64,000 bases of DNA from the human T2T-CHM13v2.0 reference genome, Homo sapiens, in assembly GCF_009914755.1 (NCBI RefSeq), contig NC_060943.1; one strand, written 5' to 3'. The position numbers were made by a program, and so were the translations under genes. Shown one piece after another: positions 1 through 13,141 of this stretch. Position 1 is the first letter of the stretch; each line of letters opens with the position of its first letter. The notes below the pieces were generated by a model, which did not search any database, was not told the origin of the DNA, and saw only the letters and a program-made list of their open reading frames with translations.

Positions 1-330
1 GTGGGAGGTGCAAAATGGTTCAACTACTGTGGAAAACTGTTAAGCAGTCAAAATCAAAGCTCAATATATGCCTATCCCACGACCTAGCAATTCGTCTCAA
101 GGAAATTAGTGTATGTACAAAAGACTTGTACTACAATGTTGACAGCAGCAATATTCACAGTAACCCCAAACTGGTAACAGACCAGGAGTCTACCCACAAG
201 AGAATGAATAAACAAACACGTAGATCCACAGTAGAACACTACTCAGCAACGAAAAGGACTAAACTGCTGCTGAATACAGCAGGGAAGGAGTGAGAGAATG
301 TTATAGAGTGAAAGAAGTCAGCACTCTGCC
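1..330 (+). mobile_element. Old L1M 3'-region fragment
   Basis: L1 3' motifs: GCAAAATGGTTCAACTACTGTGGAAAA, GACCTAGCAATTC, CAGCAATATTCACAGTAACCCCAAACTGG. Confidence 0.75.
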
Positions 331-1201
331 CACGCCCCTCCTGCAGCCTGGAGCCCCGTGACCACCTGAGTCAGCTCCCACCCCTTCTCCGCTCGAACCC
401 TCCCATGCAACATAAAAGCCAAAATCCCCAAAGCAGCCCCAGGACCCTACGCGGCCTGCAACATCCCCCTTTGCTTCTCTGAGGGCACTTCACTTCAGCA
501 GTGCCTGGCTCCCTCAGCTGCCAGGATACATGGGGACGCCCCACCTCAGGGCCTTGCAGGCACTGCACCCTCAGGTGGAAACTCAGGCCCCTCTCCACTC
601 TCTTCAGCCTCTGCTCACGTCCCTTTCTTGAGAAGCCTTCCTAACCTCCCTAGGCAAAGCATGCCCACCCTACCTCCCCTTACCCTTACCCTTCATTTTC
701 CCCTAAGCACCCATCACCACCGATGTTACTGTATGTGTTTGCTTACGCTGACAGCCCACCACCCACACTGGAATGTCAGCACGACAAAGGCAGGACTCTT
801 GGCTGCCTTAGCCACAGCTGGATCCCCAGAGCTTTGTAGGGTGTTGGGCACAGAGTGGAGTGGGTACTTAATAAGTATCTGTGGAATGAACATGTACAGA
901 GTGAAGCCCTGTGCCCAGAACAGGCTCAAAATAAGCTCAATTCCTTTCCTTGCCACTTACTAAGTCCTTTTTCTCTCGCCCCCTCTCACTGACCTGGTTT
1001 TGATGCCAGACAGCACAGATGGGCTAGGGAGGCAGGTGGGGAAGCAGAGATCTGCGTCTCTTGGAGCTGGAGCTGGTGGGTGGGGCTCCTTCCTGGTGCT
1101 GCGGAGGCTCATTGGGGAGGTGGCAGCGACCCCCTCAGGAGCCTCTGTCGCCTGCACTCAGATCTGTGCCTTTCCACAGCGCCCGGAGGAAGACTTGCTC
1201 A

Positions 1202-2117
<916 letters not shown>

Positions 2118-2198
2118 TCATAAAGTGGAAAATGTACATGTGCTTGGAGGAATTTCTCCTGCAGAAAATGCTAGTGCCAGGGCACAGAAGTTCTAAGC

Positions 2199-2412
2199 TG
2201 GGAATTCTCAGCCTCAACACTAGTGACATTTGGGGATAGAGAATCCCTGATGTGGGGACTCTTCTGCACCCTGAAGAGGTCTGGCAGCATCCTGGGTCTC
2301 TACTCACTAAAGCCAACAGAACACCTTCCCCTGGTTACGACAATCAAACATGTCTTCAGTCATCACCAAATGTCTCCTGGGGTACAAAACCACCACCAGC
2401 TGACAACCGCTG
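2199..2412. mobile_element. MER20-like hAT-Charlie DNA transposon
   Basis: Colinear with recalled MER20 consensus (TTCTCAGCCTC...GACATTTGGGG...AAATGTCTCCTGGGG...GACAACCGCTG). Imperfect 8-bp flanking duplication TTCTAAGC/TCCTAAGT. Confidence 0.72.
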
Positions 2413-3557
2413 TCCTAAGTATGTACTGCTGAAATAGGGAAACCTGGCAACAATCTAAAAGCTCACAACAGGGGTCTGGTGCTATATATTGGTTAATATC
2501 ATGACTCTACTAAAAAGAGCAAGGCTCACATAGCCCATACCACGTGCCAGGCCCATTTGAGTGCTTCGCACATACCAATATAACCCTCACAGCAACACTT
2601 TGAGGCAGACACTCCTACTGTTTCTATGACAATGAGGAAACTGAGGCACAGAAGTGAAATGACTTGCCCTATGACTTCATCTCAGGAAGTACAGGCGGCC
2701 TGGCTCCCCCACAACACCATGCCACACAGCCTTGAGAGTTAGGCAGATCTGGACTGGGGTCCTTGTTTGCCCACTTTCTAGACTCCCAAGCCTCCGTTTC
2801 CTCCTGTCCTTGCAAGGACAGACAGCAGCGCTTTCATCACAGGCTAATGCAGGGAAGGGCTCAGCACAGCACCCAGCACGTGGAGACGGTCTGGCCACAC
2901 AACACAACAAGCCATCCTGAGCACAGAAACACAGAAACCAGCCCTGCTGTGCTGACACTGGGACCATCAGCATTCGCTAACGAAGGCTCGCGGCACGACA
3001 GAATGCAGGCGGGATGCCTTTTCTGAAACGCACACACACACGCCCTGTCACCTCAATTCTACAATATGCGTATTGTTTCACATGCTGATGTCATTGAGAT
3101 TGGCATGTACCTTGCAATCCATGGACAAAACTCACCTATCGCATTCTTTTCAGAAAAGCAGTTATATGATCAATGATGGACCTTATAGGGCATACTGTCT
3201 TAGACTTCAGGGCACGGGGAGGTATGTGTTTAAATGTCACACGCACAGAAAAAAGAAATCCGAAGGAAATACGCCACACTAAGAGGCAGGAGAGTGGGTG
3301 CGGGAGGCAAGGCAGCCTCAGGAACCAAATGCCAGCTTTTCAGCCCTGGCTGTGTCACCTGCTGTGAGACCTTGGGCAAGTCACCAAGTCATGTTCCCTT
3401 TCTTCACCTCTGTTTCCTCATCTGTATATTAGAGATAATAACTGCATATACCTATCTCTAAGGCTATTGGAGGGTTCAGTGAGTTAATCCACATGAAGTC
3501 CTCCCAAAAGAGCCTGTAAGAGCAACTGCTCAACACGTATCAAATATTATCATCACT

Positions 3558-3852
3558 GGCCAGGCGCGGTGGCTCATGACTGTAATCCCAGCACTTTGGG
3601 AGGCCGAGGCGGGCAAATCACAAGGTCAGGAGGTCGAGACCAGCCTGGCCAATATGGTGAAACTCTGTCTCTACTAAAAATTCAAAAATTAGCCGGGCTG
3701 GTGGCAGGCACCTGTAATTCCAGCTACTCAGGAGGCTGAGGCAGGAGAATTGCTTGGACCCGGGAGGCAGAGGTTGGAGTAAGCAGAGATTGCACCACTG
3801 CACTCCAGCCTGAGGGACAGAGCAAGACTCCATCTCAAAAAAAAAAAAAAAA
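3558..3852 (+). repeat. AluS
   Basis: Full-length Alu with poly(A) tail. Confidence 0.93.
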
Positions 3853-6210
3853 TTATTATTTCCTCTGATGGGTGGAGACATGGGAAACTTCACTTTCTAT
3901 ACTGTATGTTTCTGAACAGGTGAATTTTTACCTATTCTACCTCCTTGGTGAGAAGGTGGCACTGAAGAAACTTTTTTTTTTTTTTCCTGAAAAGGTCTGG
4001 GTACTTCAAAAAAAAAAAAGAGAGAGACTTTTTGTTTCTTTTTTCTTTTAAACACACTCCCTACACTCGCCCCATCTGTCTGCTTGGAGCAGGTGGGGCT
4101 GGAGGCAGGTTGAAGCCGTGGGCAGGCTGCAAAAGAAACGGGGACAAGAATAAGCACAGAGCAGATTCCTTCTCCTCCCTGCCACCCCACACACACACCT
4201 TCCCCCTCACGCCACCCAGGGCCTTACAGCACCCACAGAAATCATGTCAAATATTCTAGTCTGCTTGGCCACGGGCTCCATACACTCTGAGGGCTCCATG
4301 CTGCAACCAGCGGGATCCTCCACGCAGTTCTGACCCTGTCCCTCCCCTGCTCAGGACCTCTCCCTAGTGCCCATGGATCACGTCCAAGGCCCCTATGGAG
4401 GCTGCCAGGGGCCATCTGCCTTGGCCCCGCCTGCTCTCCAGCCTCACTGGTCTGCTCGCTCCAACACACAATCTCCCCTTCTCCTGGCCCCATGAAGACT
4501 CCCTGCTCTCACACCCCAAGACCTTTGCACATGCTGTACCCCTTGCCTGGCACTCTGTTCACCCATCTTCTTCACGGAGGCCTTCCCTGACCACCCCTCT
4601 CCCACGAGCAGCGGACTCTCAGAGCTCAGCCTTCCCTTCCCCTCACAGCACTTGCCTCTGTCACCTGCATGACTATGTGGGTAATGTCGCCTCTCCCACT
4701 GGACTGTGGGTTCCACAAGGCAGGGATACAGTCTGTCCTAGCCCCCACTGTGTCCCCAGCTCCACTCAGCACAGGGATGGGCCCATAGCTTTCATTACTT
4801 CAGGGGGGAGTGGTGAACAGAACCACAGCATTTGTGCCAAGTGAAGGTAAAACAAAAAATCCTGCATTCATTCATTCCACAAATATCACAACAACTCTGC
4901 ATCATCACTGCTCGGGTCACCAGGGATTCAGCAGTGACCAAAACAGAACTCCCTGCCATTGGGGAGTTGGGGGAATGAGGGAACAGGCAGCAAAATAAAA
5001 AATAAATACATACGCAAATTAGACAGGATAGCCAAAGCTAACAAATGCCATGGAGAAAAGGAGCACACGGAAGATTCAGTGCAGGGAAAGGGAGCAGGGG
5101 TTTCCGACTATACACAGGATGGTGACAGAAGGGCGCACTGAGGCAGCGCAGTCTGAGCAAAACCGGAAGCAGGTGAGAGAGCCGGGGGAGACCTGGGGAG
5201 GAACGCTGCAGGCAGGGGAGGAGCAGGGCTGAGGCGCGTTCGAGGCGCCTACAGGAGTGGGTGAAGGGGAGGGCCGGGAGATGTAGCTAGAGGAAGCTGG
5301 GGACCGCTGGGCAGGGCCTTGGGGGCCACTGTCAGCATTGTGGCTCTTATTTGGAGTGAGAGGGGAACTATCCGCCTGAGGCGAGCTGGGGAGTGGGGGA
5401 GGGGCAGCAGGTGGAACCCCTTGCACCCAGGGCAGGGCAGGAGTCCTTAGGGAGGCAGCCCTTCCTCTCCAGGAGCTGTCCCCAGAATAAGCCCTGGGCA
5501 CTGGCCTGATGGGCTCACCACCTGCCTCACTTGAGAACCATGAGGACCTGCATGCAGCAGATGTGAAAACCGAGGATGGGAGAGATTCGGTGAATACCCA
5601 CAGCGAGAGACAGCAGGGACACAGCCAAGGAGCCCGGACCCCTCTCCTCCGAGCCCTGAGCTGCCTCCACCTCCTTCTGCCTTTGCTCCCAAGAGACAGG
5701 GCCACCTCCCATCTTGTGTCGCCTCCTCCCACACCCCGGCCAGCCCTTCCTTACCGCCCCTGATGTGCACGCATGCACGGGAGCCCTCCAGTTGGACTGC
5801 ATGGGGAATCCCTGACCCACGTCGCTCTGCATCGCCACCACCTCCCTGGGAGCTCCAGGGCAGGGCCCAGTGGCAAAAGGAGAAACCAGTGGGTCTGCAT
5901 CAAGGCTAATACTCAGTGAGCACTCACAAAGCACCAGGCATGGATTAATGTTCATCTTCACAGCCAGCCTGTGTTACTATCCCCGTTCCTCACATGGGAA
6001 AACTGAGGCCCAGGGAGAGAGCCACATGCACACAGTCACAGCGAGTAGGTGCAGGAGAGGGACCGCAACCAGAGCAGAACTAGCCCACAGACCTTTCCAT
6101 AACGACAGAAATGTGGTTACTAAATGTTTGAATGATGGCTAGTGCAACTAAAGAACTGACTTTTTACTTTTCTTTAATTGTAATTAATTAAAACTTAAAA
6201 AGCCATATGT

Positions 6211-6528
6211 GAGTCCGGGCACGATGACTCACGCCTGTAATCCCAGCACTTTGGGAGGCTGGGGGGGGGGGGGGGGGGGTGGGCGGGGGGCGATCACAAG
6301 GTCAGGAGTTCAAGACCAGCCTGGCCAAGATGGTGAAACCCTGTCTCTACTAAAAATACAAAAATTAGCCAGGCGTGGTGGTAGGCGCCTGTAATCCCAG
6401 CTACTCGGGAGGCTGAGGCAGAGAATCGCTTGAACCCGGGAGGCGGCGGTTGTAGTGAGACAAGATCACACCACTGCACTCCAGCCTGGGTGACAGAGCA
6501 AGACTCCGTCTCAAAAAAAAAAAAAAAA
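6211..6528 (+). repeat. AluS with internal poly-G expansion
   Basis: Full-length Alu with G19-T-G3-C-G6 at 6261-6290. Confidence 0.93.
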
Positions 6529-6815
6529 GTCCATACATGGCTAGTAGCTACCATTCTGGAGTGCAATTCTATAGAATTCCTGCTAATTAAGCACCGGGAG
6601 CTTAAAGGCAGGAGGCAGGGATGTGACTCTCACAGGCCCAAGAGGAGCCAGATCATCCCAGTGCGGCTGGAAGCTCCCATGCTATACCCCATCTCTCCCG
6701 CACCCCAACGCAGCTTACCTGGGGAATTGGAGCAGGACTCAGGCCCAAACTCACACCTCTAGTCAACTCAAATCCTGACTCTACCACTTCCAGGCTACAC
6801 AGGTCACTTCTCTGA

Positions 6816-7164
<349 letters not shown>

Positions 7165-7233
7165 GTAGAATGGAATCTTAACACCAATCTGCCCAAGCAC
7201 ATGTTTATGTTATCTCAAAAGATAATTTTTGCA

Positions 7234-7535
7234 GGCCAGGTGCAGTGATTCACGCCTGTAATCCCAGCACTTTGGGAGGCTGAGGGATGTGGATCACTGG
7301 AGCCCAAAAGTTCAAGATCAGCCTGAGCAAAATAGGGAGACTCCCATCTCTACTGAAAATTGTTTTAAAAAAATTAGCCAGGTATGATGGTGCATGCCTG
7401 TAGTCCCAGCTACTCAGAAGGCTGAGGTGGGAGGACCACTTGAGCCAGTGAGGTCAAGGCTGCAATCAGCCATGATGGTGCCACTGCATTCCAGCCTGGG
7501 TGACAGAGCCAGACCCTGTCTCAAAAAAATAATGA
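7234..7535 (+). repeat. AluJ
   Basis: Full-length Alu with older diagnostic positions. Confidence 0.9.
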
Positions 7536-10500
7536 AAAATTTAAAAAGATGATTTTTCTGATAACCATGGGTTGTCCTGGGGACCCAATGAGATGGCTTC
7601 ACACACAGCTGGGGACAGGGCCAGTGCTTGAAAAATAGGTGGCAATTACATAAAGGACTCTGACATCAGGGGCCGTCCTGAGCCTGTCAGAGCCATGCAG
7701 TGGCAGCTAATGTTACTGCTGTCACTACTTGGTTCTAAAGGAATCATCCCAATAATTTCCAACATGCCCCTACTAACTTTTTGAAAATATCATCTAAATG
7801 AAAACACACAGCTAAAAAGAGTCAATGCCCTGCAGACACCTCCTCCCACCCGCCAAGGCCTTCGGACACCAGTTTGAGAAGCTGGGCTCTAGGGCGCCCT
7901 GTCTCCAAAGCAGAATATGGTCTGCTTTCTCCATCCCTGGCTGCCACCTGAATCCAGCCAGCTCTCTCCCACACAGGTCCCTCCCCACCCACCTGTGTCC
8001 CTTCTCTTTGGGGATAAAGCCCTGGATCCCCATCATAGCCCAGGCCCTGAGCCCTGCCACCCTGCTCTCTCCCCCTCACCCACTCCCCCGGCTCCAGCTA
8101 CATGGGCCTGCTGTTCCACCAGCACATCCAGATATCGCCTTCCTTGCGGCCTTTACCTGGCTGCACCCCGTCCAGCCCACTTCCTCGGGCTCTCACATCA
8201 CAGGGGCTCCTCAGCAGCCTTCCCAAGCCCCTCTCCCACCCAGTCCAGCTAGATCTCTGTTCCCTCCTTCAGCCACACCAAGCACTCACAGGCCAATGCA
8301 ACCTCTCTGCCACCTCCGATCGCATCCAGAACTACACGTGGCACATAGAAGTGATTCAATCAATATTTGGAGACAGATGGAACACACAAATGACCAAGAA
8401 CAGCCAAAGGCTGGCTCCTGAGGCTGTTCAGCAATCAGGCCCCTAGGGCAGTGGGGAGGGGGTGCCTCCCATCCTCATCTCTTCCCCCTGGGCCCCCCTT
8501 GGGAGGGGCCAAGGTCATGGTATTGGGGGTGGAGAGAAGCAGCCACACCCCACATCCCAAGCAGGCATGGAATGGAGTCATTTCTGGATTACTGAGGCCT
8601 ACTTTGTGCCAGCTCTGTCTAGGAGAAGAGAAAGCAGAAAAGAAATCATGATGACAACAGTGACAACTCCAGTCATAGCAGGCAGGGCAAGAAGATGAGG
8701 CTGTCTTCAAAAGGCAGCTTCGCCGACAGAGCAGGGTTCAACCATCATGCCTATTACTGACTTCCAGCAAATCCAATAACCTCTCTATGCCCGTTTCCTC
8801 CCCTGTACAACGGGGACGATCGGGACAGCGAGCTGCCAGGCTGTGGTGAGGATGAGTGAGAGCAGACACCTTAAGCTCTGCAGCAGTGCCCAGCACTGAG
8901 AGGCGAACTACTCACGAGAATGACCCCAATATTCTATGTGGCTTCCTGGGCCTCAGTTTCCTATCTACGAGATGGGAGTGCTAACAGTGCCCACCTCCCA
9001 GGCTGCTGTGCAGGTTTGTAGAGCTAATATGCAGCGTCTGGTTGGGCAGGAGTACAGTGGTGGGAGTGATTCACATTCCTGTCTGGAGCCCTCCCATCAG
9101 CTAACAGGCCCTACCACTCTCTCCCAAGGACCAACAACGAGCCTGTGCCCACTGCCCTGCAGAGCCCCTTCTGTGCTCTCAGGTGCCCTCAGTCCTGTCT
9201 GGCAATCACCAGGAGTAGCATCAGCCCAAATTCATCCCGCCGCCTCCTCAGGAGGCCTGTGCTTTCCAACGCAGCAGCTCCGTGCATCCTCCCCACCGCC
9301 CCACTCAGCAGGAAGGTTCCCGTTTACAGCTGAGCAAAATGCACCTTAGGGAGAAGAAATAAGGCCCCAGAGCTCCACAGCCACCGAGAGGGGTGCCAAG
9401 AGCAGGGTTCTCACCCACGTCAGCTACCCCCGGGACCAGGTCACTCAGCAGCCCCAGCTGGGTAAGTGTACACCAAAAACCCACCAGACCATGAAGAACT
9501 TGAAGCCAGGCTGGAGAAGAGAACCGGGGAGCGGCAACTGCCCCAGCCCATTCGGAAAGGGCCCACAAAGTGGCAAACCGAGGAAGACTTGGGTTTCTGG
9601 CCTCACCCTTAGAAACAACATCTGCGAACGAGCTTCTCCAGCAGGACGGCTGGGCTGAAGAAACTCCTGCTGGGACCTCTGACATGCAGTCTCCTCTTGG
9701 CCGACCCGGCTTGCTGTCCCTCGCTCGGCACAGTCAGAGCACCTGGGCCCTGCTGTGGGTGCCGAGTTGGCAGTGGGTCCTGCCCCAAGGGGGCCAGGCT
9801 GAGCTCCCACCCAGCGCCCCTCCCACACTCACTCCCTCCCTCCTGGTCCTGCTCCCAGGCTGTCTCCCCCAGCTGGGCCTCTCGCTGCTTGGCTGGCTGT
9901 CCAGAAGAGCCTGCCATGGAACCACCCCACCGTGCGGCCCGGAGGCCTGTGGTTGAGGGCCTTCCGCTGAGAGCTCTGGGAAGCTGAAGAGAGGCCCGGG
10001 GAGGGGTGACCCTGGGTCCTCCAGGGGCTTGGAGCTCAAGTCTGAAAGACACTCCTTTCCATCCCAACCCATCCCGGGGGCCTTCTGGAGACCCTAGTGG
10101 TTTGTTCTGAGGGGTTCTGCTCCTTCTAGGAAGATACCCTGGAACACACCTCAAAAAAAAAAAAAAAAGCCAGAGCGCCTGCTCCCGCACCAAGCCTTAG
10201 GGGTGAGCCCATGGGTGGGATCAGAAGTCACACTCACCAGGGGCTACTGAGCTGTGGTGGGGGAATCTCTGGAAGCCCAGATTCATAGCCTGTCCCCAAC
10301 ACTTCCTGGTTGGGGGACTCAGCACAAGCTACAGAGGCTCTCCAGGCTTCAGTTCTCACCACTTGTAAAGCGGGAATCAGAGAAGATTCCTCCTGGGTCT
10401 AATGGGTCTTCACCCAGATCCTCCCATGGCTCCCTCACAGCACTCCAGTCCCTACCCACACGTCACCTCCTCAGGGAGGTCCTCCCTGATCACCCAGCTA

Positions 10501-11699
10501 TAGTGGAGAAACATGCCCACACTCTCAACCTGGCCCTCATTTATTTTGCCTTCGTAATATCAACCACACCTGAGCCCAACCAGAGACCTGGGTGCTGGGC
10601 GCCAGTCACAAGCCCTGGTCTTTCCAATTCCAGAGGAGCACTGGGAATGGCGCAGGCCTACAGGCCCACGGCAGCGTGGACGCAGGGTCAGCGGGTGCTG
10701 TCTGTATCAGGTGTGACTGCTGCCCTGCGTTGCTATTCAGTATTAGTCCGGCTGGTTGGGTTGGGGAGGAATGGGCAGAGAAATCAGCCCAATGAGCCTC
10801 CCCTCCTCTTTCCCTAAAAGTAACAGCCACGGGCTCTGGAGAACACGGTGTGAAAACCACAGGAGGGAGGCAACCCTCAGGCCTTTGCTGGCTGTAAGGC
10901 AGTGATGCTACTGGAGGGGAAGTGGGAGGCCTGTGAAACGCCCTGCTCCGCTCAGTCAAATCTACCCACGCCCCCAGGCAGGAGCCTGTGACCGGCTCCT
11001 GGGTCACCTGCTAACACCCTGAATCTGACCAGGCTGTTCCTGCTGAAATTCCAAACTCCTTCACAGACAGTCCACAAGGCTCCCAGTGAAAGGGCCCTGC
11101 CTGCCCCGCAGCCCCAGGACTCATCTCCTCCCTGCTCCCTCGCTCTGCCAAGCCACACAGGCCTCCGTGAGGCTTGTCCCTGCACCTCACCAAGCTCTGT
11201 CCTCCCTTCAGACCTTTGCACTGTGGTTCCCTCCACCTGGAGGGCTGTTCCTTCTCCTCCCATCCCACATGACTGCCTCACCTTGCCAAACTGGGATCAG
11301 CTCAGAGGCCCTCCCCACAGCCGCATGCATCTAAAGAAGTGCCCAGTCTGTCACCTGATTTGAATTCGCTGCCTAGCTCCTCCCCCTCTAACCGGCTCCT
11401 TGCTTATTAACCTGTTTCGGGTTGGTCTTGCTTAGCCCCACAAGGATAGGGACTTTGGCAAGTACACTGCTGTATTCCCAGTACTGATGCAACGCTGGCA
11501 CATACGAGGTGTTCAGTAAATGGTGGCGGATGAGTGAAACCTTTTCCTCGGCTCCACAATACCCTTAGGATCCATCCTCACCTCTCACCCAGGCCCACAG
11601 GCCAGTGCAGCACAGCCCCTGCCAACCCCTGCAGGCACTTCTGCTGCTCCCCCTGCCCAGGCCCAGCCTTCCTGCCACTCCCAGAGCTGTGAGCTGTGG

Positions 11700-12008
11700 T
11701 GGGCTGGGAACCAGGGGCAGTGGCATGCACCTACGGTCCCAGCTACTCAGGAGACTGAGGCAGGAGGATCACTTGAGCCCAGGAGTTCAAGACTAGCCTG
11801 AGCAACATAGCGAGACTCCCGTTTCCACAAAAAATTTAAAAATTAGCTAGGCATGGTGGCATGCACCTGTAGTCCCAGCTACTCAAGAGGATGAGGTGGA
11901 AGGATCACTAAAGCCTAGGAGGTCAAGCCTGCAGTGAGCTGTGATCACACCACTGCACTCCAGCCTGGGTGACAGAGGGAGGCCCTGTCTCAAAAGAAAA
12001 AAAAAAAC
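11700..12008 (+). repeat. AluJ-like element
   Basis: Alu arms with A tail. Confidence 0.88.
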
Positions 12009-13042
12009 AAGCACAGAGCCTGACCTCTGAAAAGACTCCAGTGTGTCTACCTTGGAGGCGCTCAGGGCTGCAAAGCCACTGCGTGGAAGAGGAGTGGGCC
12101 CGGGAGCTGCCCTTGTCAGTTCTGACTTGATTGCATGTCTCCCCCGACCTCTGTTTCTGCATCTGTAAAACTGAGATGCTAATTTCAGCCCTGATCTCCT
12201 CCTAGTGCTCTCTGACACGGTTCTGTGAACTGGCAAAGGCCTTCAAAGTCCCGGCAGAAATACTAAGAATTACAATTGCTAAGACAGACCAACAGCTCAC
12301 CATGTGTCGGGCACTGTTCTTAGTGAGGAGACATTTCCGGTAGGCTTATTGTATGCCAGAACAGTTATGAATGCTTCCCACAAATTAATCCACTCAGCCT
12401 TCACAATAATCCTATCAGGTGGGAATTATCATCATCCCCATGGCACCGATGATGAAATGAGCTCACAAGGGTTGGGGAGCCTGCTCAAGGTCACACAGCC
12501 ATGGAGTGGCACGGCTGGATTTGAACCCTGTGCTCTCACTCGCTTCCATACACCTCTTTACAGAGGCTGGAAACCAGAACATTGAAGTTCTGGATCCTAG
12601 CTGGGCCAGGCTGGGGAGCTGGATCCCGGAATGCTCGAGGGGACCAAAAGTAGGGGGTGGGGGAGGCTGGATGCCTCCGTTCCATAACATAATCATGACT
12701 GCCAACCAAGACTTACACAGTACCAGGCACCATTCTAGGAGCTTCTCGTGGATTAATTCATTTAATCCTCACAACAGCCCAAGGTGGACGTCCTTCTGAG
12801 ACCACTGTATGGGAGTGAACAGTGTGGTCCAAGGTCGCAGAGCTAGAACCGACTTCACCGTCCTGCTGCTAGCTAACGCAGGTCCCTGGTAGCTGTGTCA
12901 CCCCCTGCATGGCTCTCTTGCTGTCTTCTTCTCCCAGCACACACCTGCCCAGGGTTAAAGGATGCCTTGCCTCCACTCTGAGGAGGGACCAAGAAATGCT
13001 GGACTGGCTGTAGGCAGAGATGCTCAGGGCAGCCTGAGGCTC

Positions 13043-13141
13043 AGGGGTAAGAGGAAGGAAAGACATAGGACAGTCACCTCTATAGGTAGAGGACAGAGGA
13101 CAGAGGTGACTCTATCCTATGTCTTTCCTTCCTTTCACCCA
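13043..13141 (-). ncRNA. MIR641: microRNA-641 precursor hairpin; mature miR-641 at 13103-13126
   Basis: Reverse complement of 13103-13126 is AAAGACATAGGATAGAGTCACCTC, matching mature hsa-miR-641 as recalled. Long near-perfect inverted repeat: GGAAGGAAAGACATAGGA-CAGTCACCTCT ... AGAGGTGACTCTATCCTATGTCTTTCCTTCC. Confidence 0.95.

Noticed and set aside
5076-5732. 218-aa minus-strand ORF
   Set aside because: Non-ATG start, low-complexity GC-driven composition, overlapping long frames on both strands, and no recognisable domain.
7825-8421. 198-aa plus-strand Pro-rich ORF
   Set aside because: Overlaps degenerate L2-like pyrimidine-rich sequence, is antisense to AKT2 and shows no domain signal.
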